From a virus (lineage: Duplodnaviria; Caudoviricetes): a stretch of 38,383 bases of DNA. The notes under the pieces are model-generated. The model ran no database searches. It was not told the origin of the DNA and saw only the letters and a program-made list of their open reading frames with translations. The stretch lies in IMG/VR virus record IMGVR_UViG_3300027777_000006, positions 1-38,383 of that record. One strand, written 5' to 3'. The position numbers were made by a program, and so were the translations under genes. Of this stretch, positions 34,517 to 38,383 are shown piece by piece; the first letter of the stretch is position 1, and every line of letters starts with the position of its first letter.

Positions 34517-35833
34517 CTACCCTCTGAACCCCATTGTAGCTACACGCTGTCTCTGCGGTTGGTAGCCCATATTGATCTTCTGAGGGATCGCACGACGATC
34601 CACGACCATCCCTTTGGAGATCGCTTGAAAGAGTAGCGAGAAGGCATCTGCCGCGTGTGAGGCGTGATCATGAATGGGAACGTCACGGATGGTGATGCCA
34701 TCGGTTTCTGAGCGACTAGCGTACTGGTCGAGAGCATCGATGCCCTGCCCACACCCCTCCTCGTTGAACGAGACGCGAGGGAATGCCTCTAGTGCGCTAT
34801 TGATGCCATCCCACACCGAGTTCTGACGGGGCACTGCGACCACGTTGGTGAGTCCGGCAGTGAGTAACGCCCCTTGAAACAAGCCACCGTTGGCAGTGGC
34901 AGCATCGTGAGGCACGAAGTGTGAAGCGTAGTTGTATTGCTTCGCTTGCAATCTTGCGACCCACTCGGCGGGGGTGCCGCAGTCGTGACTGCCGAAGAGA
35001 CTCTCCAAAAGCACGATACGGTCTCCGACGATTTGGCTTATCCAAACCCGTTGATTGAGAGGGGCACCGATGTCCCATGAGGTGAAGACGGGTAGCTCCT
35101 TATGATAGAGGATGTCATTGGAGATCCTCCTCTCGTTCCGTGCCTGCTCCAGCAGTCGAGCGTAGATGGCACCGAGCTTGCCCACCGAGAAGTCGCACTC
35201 CATCTCCTGCCTAAAAAGGTGCTCCGGTGTGCCTGCTCTAATGCTCTCCAGTTCCCCCGCGGGAATGATGCCGCTCTCCGATGACTTGAGCATGAGGGAA
35301 AACCATTCGGGATTGCTGAGAGACTCCTGCCACATCCTCCATAGGAATCCTCTGCCCTTCGGTGTGCCGGAGAACACGCACCACCCGTTGTAGTCGATGA
35401 GGGTGGGTCGGACGACTCCGTACCACGCCTGCGGATCCAAATCAGAGCACTCATCGAGAATGCATCCATCAATGTAGGTGCCGCGGAGCCTCTCGTACGC
35501 ATCGCCGGAGAAGAGTCGGATCGTCGCTTTGTTCGGGAGGGTCACTTGCAGGTCGGCTTCGTTGTACTTGACCGTAGGAATGTCCTGCGTGAATTGCTTG
35601 AGATACATCCATGCGATCAGCTTGATCTGATCTCTCGTCGGGCCGATGAGGGCATACCTGCACGGCGGGCCTTCTCTCTTGAAACGCATCGCTCGACTGA
35701 CCATATCCATGATCGCGTGATAGCTTTTCCCGCTTCGACGATGGGCTACAACGCACCCGAATCGGTTCTTGCGTAGGATGAACGGGAGGAACTGTTCCCG
35801 CGGGTCTAGATCGATGTTTACTTCAAGCGGCAT
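34517..35833 (-). CDS. terL: Terminase large subunit
   Basis: Walker A HRRSGKS; LRG; Walker B CILDE; GTPKG; nuclease WDIG, PHDA, SHAADA. Confidence 0.96.
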   Translation of the reverse strand: MPLEVNIDLDPREQFLPFILRKNRFGCVVAHRRSGKSYHAIMDMVSRAMRFKREGPPCRYALIGPTRDQIKLIAWMYLKQFTQDIPTVKYNEADLQVTLPNKATIRLFSGDAYERLRGTYIDGCILDECSDLDPQAWYGVVRPTLIDYNGWCVFSGTPKGRGFLWRMWQESLSNPEWFSLMLKSSESGIIPAGELESIRAGTPEHLFRQEMECDFSVGKLGAIYARLLEQARNERRISNDILYHKELPVFTSWDIGAPLNQRVWISQIVGDRIVLLESLFGSHDCGTPAEWVARLQAKQYNYASHFVPHDAATANGGLFQGALLTAGLTNVVAVPRQNSVWDGINSALEAFPRVSFNEEGCGQGIDALDQYASRSETDGITIRDVPIHDHASHAADAFSLLFQAISKGMVVDRRAIPQKINMGYQPQRQRVATMGFRG

Positions 35834-36083
35834 CGCTCAGTTCCCTCCTCATTGTGCCGCAACCTTGCCGGCAGCACGAGTTGTCCTCGCCTTTGACGTA
35901 CCCGTGATGGTGGGGAGTGAGATCCCACCAACCGTCCTTGTGCTTGCAGCAGGCATGACAGATTGTTGAGTGGTTATGGTCGTACCAATACCATCCGGTG
36001 TCTTGGCATTTGGTGCACTTCATCACTTCTCGCACTTGATGCACTTGCCGGATCGGATTGAGACCGGAGCTTTCCTGCCGCAC
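35823..36083 (-). CDS. Small Cys-rich (zinc-finger-like) protein
   Basis: CTKC...CHAC...CCRQGCG; start probably at MKCTKC. Confidence 0.55.
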   Translation of the reverse strand: MRQESSGLNPIRQVHQVREVMKCTKCQDTGWYWYDHNHSTICHACCKHKDGWWDLTPHHHGYVKGEDNSCCRQGCGTMRRELSDAA

Positions 36084-36107
36084 TTCTTGCAGGTGGGGAG
36101 GGTGGCT

Positions 36108-36380
36108 TTACTCATAACGACAAAGGGAGGCATGCCGTAGTTGGAGCATCTCCTTCCTCAACTCTTCGACCTCGGCCTCTGCTTTCTTAAGTTGTTCGTA
36201 ACGGTTTGTGCCTATCCTTTCCGCACTTTCCTTTAGGTCTTTAATCTCGGCCTTGGATGCGGCGAGTTCTCGCTCAAGATCCTGCGACAGATTAGCAAGA
36301 GCAACCTCCTGCAAGTGAGCAGGGCATTGCATTAAAATCTCATCGGTGCGTGGTGTGGAGGTGTTTTTCATAGCCCCCAA
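36108..36380 (-). CDS. Coiled-coil hypothetical protein
   Basis: STPRTD...LERELAA pattern common in small phage ORFs. Confidence 0.65.
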   Translation of the reverse strand: MGAMKNTSTPRTDEILMQCPAHLQEVALANLSQDLERELAASKAEIKDLKESAERIGTNRYEQLKKAEAEVEELRKEMLQLRHASLCRYE

Positions 36381-36580
36381 ACCTCCTCTCCGTCCTCGTT
36401 TTTACCCACAATGTCAGCGTCGAAACCAAGATGATGTAAAAGCTGTTGCAGTCTGTTGTGTTCACATGGGCCGGTAGCTACTTCCACTCCGTCAACTGAC
36501 CAAGTTTCCCCGTATTCGGAGCAACATCCATCGCCGCATTCGTGGTTGTATGGCTGTATAGATAGCGTGATTGGTGTCAT
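36368..36580 (-). CDS. Hypothetical protein (HECGDGCC motif)
   Basis: ATG 36580; upstream part of the listed 183-aa ORF overlaps terS and is probably not translated. Confidence 0.6.
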   Translation of the reverse strand: MTPITLSIQPYNHECGDGCCSEYGETWSVDGVEVATGPCEHNRLQQLLHHLGFDADIVGKNEDGEEVWGL

Positions 36581-36581
36581 G

Positions 36582-36645
36582 AAAAGGGGTGCTGCCAATG
36601 GGTCGTCAGATCCACAACTTTTGTTGAGTTCAACCACTGGCAGCA
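36582..36645 (-). terminator. Stem-loop after terS (terminator or structured RNA)
   Basis: Minus strand TGCTGCCAGTGG...CCATTGGCAGCA 12-bp stem with inner CAAC-AAAA-GTTG hairpin, then CCCCTTTT. Confidence 0.5.
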
Positions 36646-36722
36646 AAGTTAGCGGGGTGAGGTGAGCAGGATGAAGACCCCAACGAATCCTATGAGGATC
36701 ACGGTTGCAATAGATGTTGCAC

Positions 36723-37100
36723 TCATTCGATGACCTTCCCGCCGATGCGGATGTTGACCACCATGTGATGCAGGATGTCGATTTGTTCGGGAGCATTATA
36801 TCCGCATGCTTTGGCGAGCATCTCTCCATACTTAGGTGCGTCCCTGTTCTCCTCATCACTGAATCTCGCATGAATGGTACGGATGAATCCCTGCCTGCTT
36901 GTCTCCAGTAATTCCTCATTCTTTTCGCGCAGTTCCGTCACTCGTCCAATTATGTCCAAATTTTTAGAGGTAATCTGCGCTGACTTTCGGTTCTCTTTAT
37001 ATCCCGCTTTCTTTGCGGCTTTAGCCAACGGCAAACCGCTTGCGAGGGCTTTCGCAAACTTCTCCTGCCGTGGCTTTAAGGTAGATTTTTTAGGGGTCAT
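36723..37100 (-). CDS. terS: Terminase small subunit
   Basis: LKPRQEKFAKALASG...AAKKAGY HTH N-terminus; upstream of terL. Confidence 0.82.
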   Translation of the reverse strand: MTPKKSTLKPRQEKFAKALASGLPLAKAAKKAGYKENRKSAQITSKNLDIIGRVTELREKNEELLETSRQGFIRTIHARFSDEENRDAPKYGEMLAKACGYNAPEQIDILHHMVVNIRIGGKVIE

Positions 37101-37363
37101 TAGGATGTTCTTCGGTCGATCTCTTTCTCAATGTACCAAATAGCTTTATGCAGGTCTTGGATCGGTGCGTTCTTATCGTCGCACCTCCATAGGTACTTGA
37201 TCGCGTTACCGATGCAGAAATTCATGTGTTGGGTCACCTCAATACACTCCACACCGGAGGGGTGCGATGTGTAGTGCTTGGGGTAGTTGACGGGATGGTG
37301 GTGCCCTAACCTTGCACACTCTTCACCTGTAACTCGGTCTGAAAAGGTAGATATGTGAGGCAT
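37100..37363 (-). CDS. DUF3310 protein (T7 gp1.7-like nucleotide kinase domain)
   Basis: VNYPKHY...ECIE...FCIGNAIKYLWR...QDLHKAIWY; start taken at ATG 37363. Confidence 0.85.
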   Translation of the reverse strand: MPHISTFSDRVTGEECARLGHHHPVNYPKHYTSHPSGVECIEVTQHMNFCIGNAIKYLWRCDDKNAPIQDLHKAIWYIEKEIDRRTS

Positions 37364-37462
37364 GCTATTTGGTCTTAAAGCAGGCGCGAATGAATCCACA
37401 GCAGATACCAATCTGCCATACAGTCCATCCGACCCAATACCCATAGGTGCGTTGCCTCTTCA

Positions 37463-37768
37463 TCAGAACGGCAGATCGTCGTCAGCTTCGATGGAGGCAA
37501 CCACTGCTTTGATAGGTGCTGGCTCAACTTTAGGTGCCTGCTTTGATGCTGGCGTAAGGTTGCCAAGAATAACCCCCTTCTTTCCGGCATTCTTCTCCTC
37601 AAGAGTCACGCTCTCGCAGAGGGTTCCGCACTGTCCGTACTGGTCGAGTTCGTCGTTGATGAAGATGACGGCATCGTAGAATTTGGCGGGCTTGCCGTTC
37701 TTACGGATTGCGTCTTTGACTCTCGATTTGTCGATGAGTGTGAGGTCGATGGATACGCGGACGATCAT
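37463..37768 (-). CDS. Putative single-stranded DNA-binding protein
   Basis: IDLTLIDK...DQYG...ILGN with acidic DDDLPF tail. Confidence 0.72.
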   Translation of the reverse strand: MIVRVSIDLTLIDKSRVKDAIRKNGKPAKFYDAVIFINDELDQYGQCGTLCESVTLEEKNAGKKGVILGNLTPASKQAPKVEPAPIKAVVASIEADDDLPF

Positions 37769-37944
37769 GGTTGGTTTGGATATGTGGTTATGGTTCGGGT
37801 GTGTTTTTGCAGGAAGAGCTTCCCTCTAAGGGGTTGGTCTTTCTTCAAAGTGGGAAAGTTCTTTTGGAACGTGGAGAAGGAGTCGCGGCGGGCATCACCC
37901 TTGCCTACTCGCTTCTCGGAGTGCTGAGTTTTTAATACGGACAT
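37765..37944 (-). CDS. Small basic hypothetical protein (59 aa)
   Basis: Manual translation MSVLKTQHSEKRVGKGDARR...; ATGA-coupled to the SSB gene. Confidence 0.55.
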   Translation of the reverse strand: MSVLKTQHSEKRVGKGDARRDSFSTFQKNFPTLKKDQPLRGKLFLQKHTRTITTYPNQP

Positions 37945-37983
37945 GTGATGAGTCTTGATCTAATGACCTGCTGATAAATTGTG

Positions 37984-38012
37984 ATTGTAGCGAGGTGTCA
38001 ATACACCTGCAA
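37984..38012 (-). promoter_or_regulatory. Sigma70-like promoter with a perfect AGGTGT-N4-ACACCT palindrome overlapping the -35 and spacer
   Basis: Minus strand TTGCAG-17 bp-TACAAT; palindrome at 37993-38008. Confidence 0.72.
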
Positions 38013-38024
38013 GCCCAATGATGA

Positions 38025-38062
38025 TAGGACTCAGATTCCTATCGTTAGGACTTAAAGTCCTA
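38025..38062. promoter_or_regulatory. Tandem pair of TAGGA-N7-TCCTA palindromes
   Basis: TAGGActcagatTCCTA (38025-38041) and TAGGActtaaagTCCTA (38046-38062), 21-bp period. Confidence 0.6.
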
Positions 38063-38264
38063 TCGATGCGACTTCATGTCCCATCAGACCGGAGATGTAC
38101 TTGCCGCGGGAGAGATCACCGCGGAGATCATCGAGCCTGTCCCACTGCGGTGCGGGCATAGAGACCCCGCGTGTGATCACCGTCCTGCCCTTCGCGTTGG
38201 CGTTGGTGCTGCCCTTCTTGCGTCCGGCACCCTTGCGTTTGCCTCCGTGTGGTTTGAGTTTCAT
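38052..38264 (-). CDS. Small DNA-binding protein (HGGKRKGAGRK basic arm plus RHH-like domain)
   Basis: ATG 38264 is ATGA-coupled; ITRGVSMP...WDRLD...SRGKYI. Confidence 0.7.
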   Translation of the reverse strand: MKLKPHGGKRKGAGRKKGSTNANAKGRTVITRGVSMPAPQWDRLDDLRGDLSRGKYISGLMGHEVASIGL

Positions 38265-38354
38265 TTCACTGCCTCCTCTGCTTCTTTGACCCATTGGTCG
38301 ATAGTGAGGTGATCGTAGTAGCAAACCATTACGGACTCACCCACCGATGCGCCC
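38261..38354 (-). CDS. 3' part of the junction-spanning nuclease-like ORF
   Basis: In-frame continuation ...TGASVGESVMVCYYDHLTIDQWVKEAEEAVK*. Confidence 0.75.
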
Positions 38355-38383
38355 GTCTCGATGCTGGTGAAGTAGAAGTACCC
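38355..38383. repeat. 29-bp terminal direct repeat (right copy)
   Basis: Identical to 1-29. Confidence 0.97.

Noticed and set aside
36581-36919. N-terminal extension of the 183-aa ORF overlapping terS as a second dual-coding case
   Set aside because: No recognisable motifs and it runs through a structured intergenic hairpin; the ATG at 36580 is a better start
1-38383. 29-bp terminal repeat as a physical direct terminal repeat of the virion DNA
   Set aside because: It falls in the middle of an ORF and is most simply an assembler overlap from a circular contig

Overview
This window is a complete, circularly closed genome (~38,354 bp) of a temperate podovirus-like phage. The first and last 29 bp are identical and an ORF reads through the junction. 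All credible protein genes are on the minus strand. Gene order: packaging (terS, terL), portal, scaffold, capsid, tail tubular A and B, three ejection/internal virion proteins, tail fibre, lysis (3-TM holin, GH108 endolysin), attP (tRNA-Ser 3' end), tyrosine integrase, RHH regulator and excisionase, ERF plus exonuclease recombination, a C5 DNA methyltransferase, a DUF1376 initiator and a DnaC-like loader. No RNA or DNA polymerase and no classical CI repressor were recognised. Main unusual observations: (1) an HhH-GPD DNA-glycosylase-like cassette inside the 2437-aa ejection protein, bounded by 9-bp direct repeats; (2) an antisense tRNA mimic with an intact elbow but a broken anticodon arm between scaffold and capsid; (3) a dual-coded methyltransferase whose motif IX lies in a 410-aa overlapping frame; (4) about 14 co-oriented copies of a GGTGT-N4-ACACC motif; (5) a (CGTTC)7 microsatellite fused to a terminator in the lysogeny region. 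All family assignments come from motifs recognised by eye, not from database searches.
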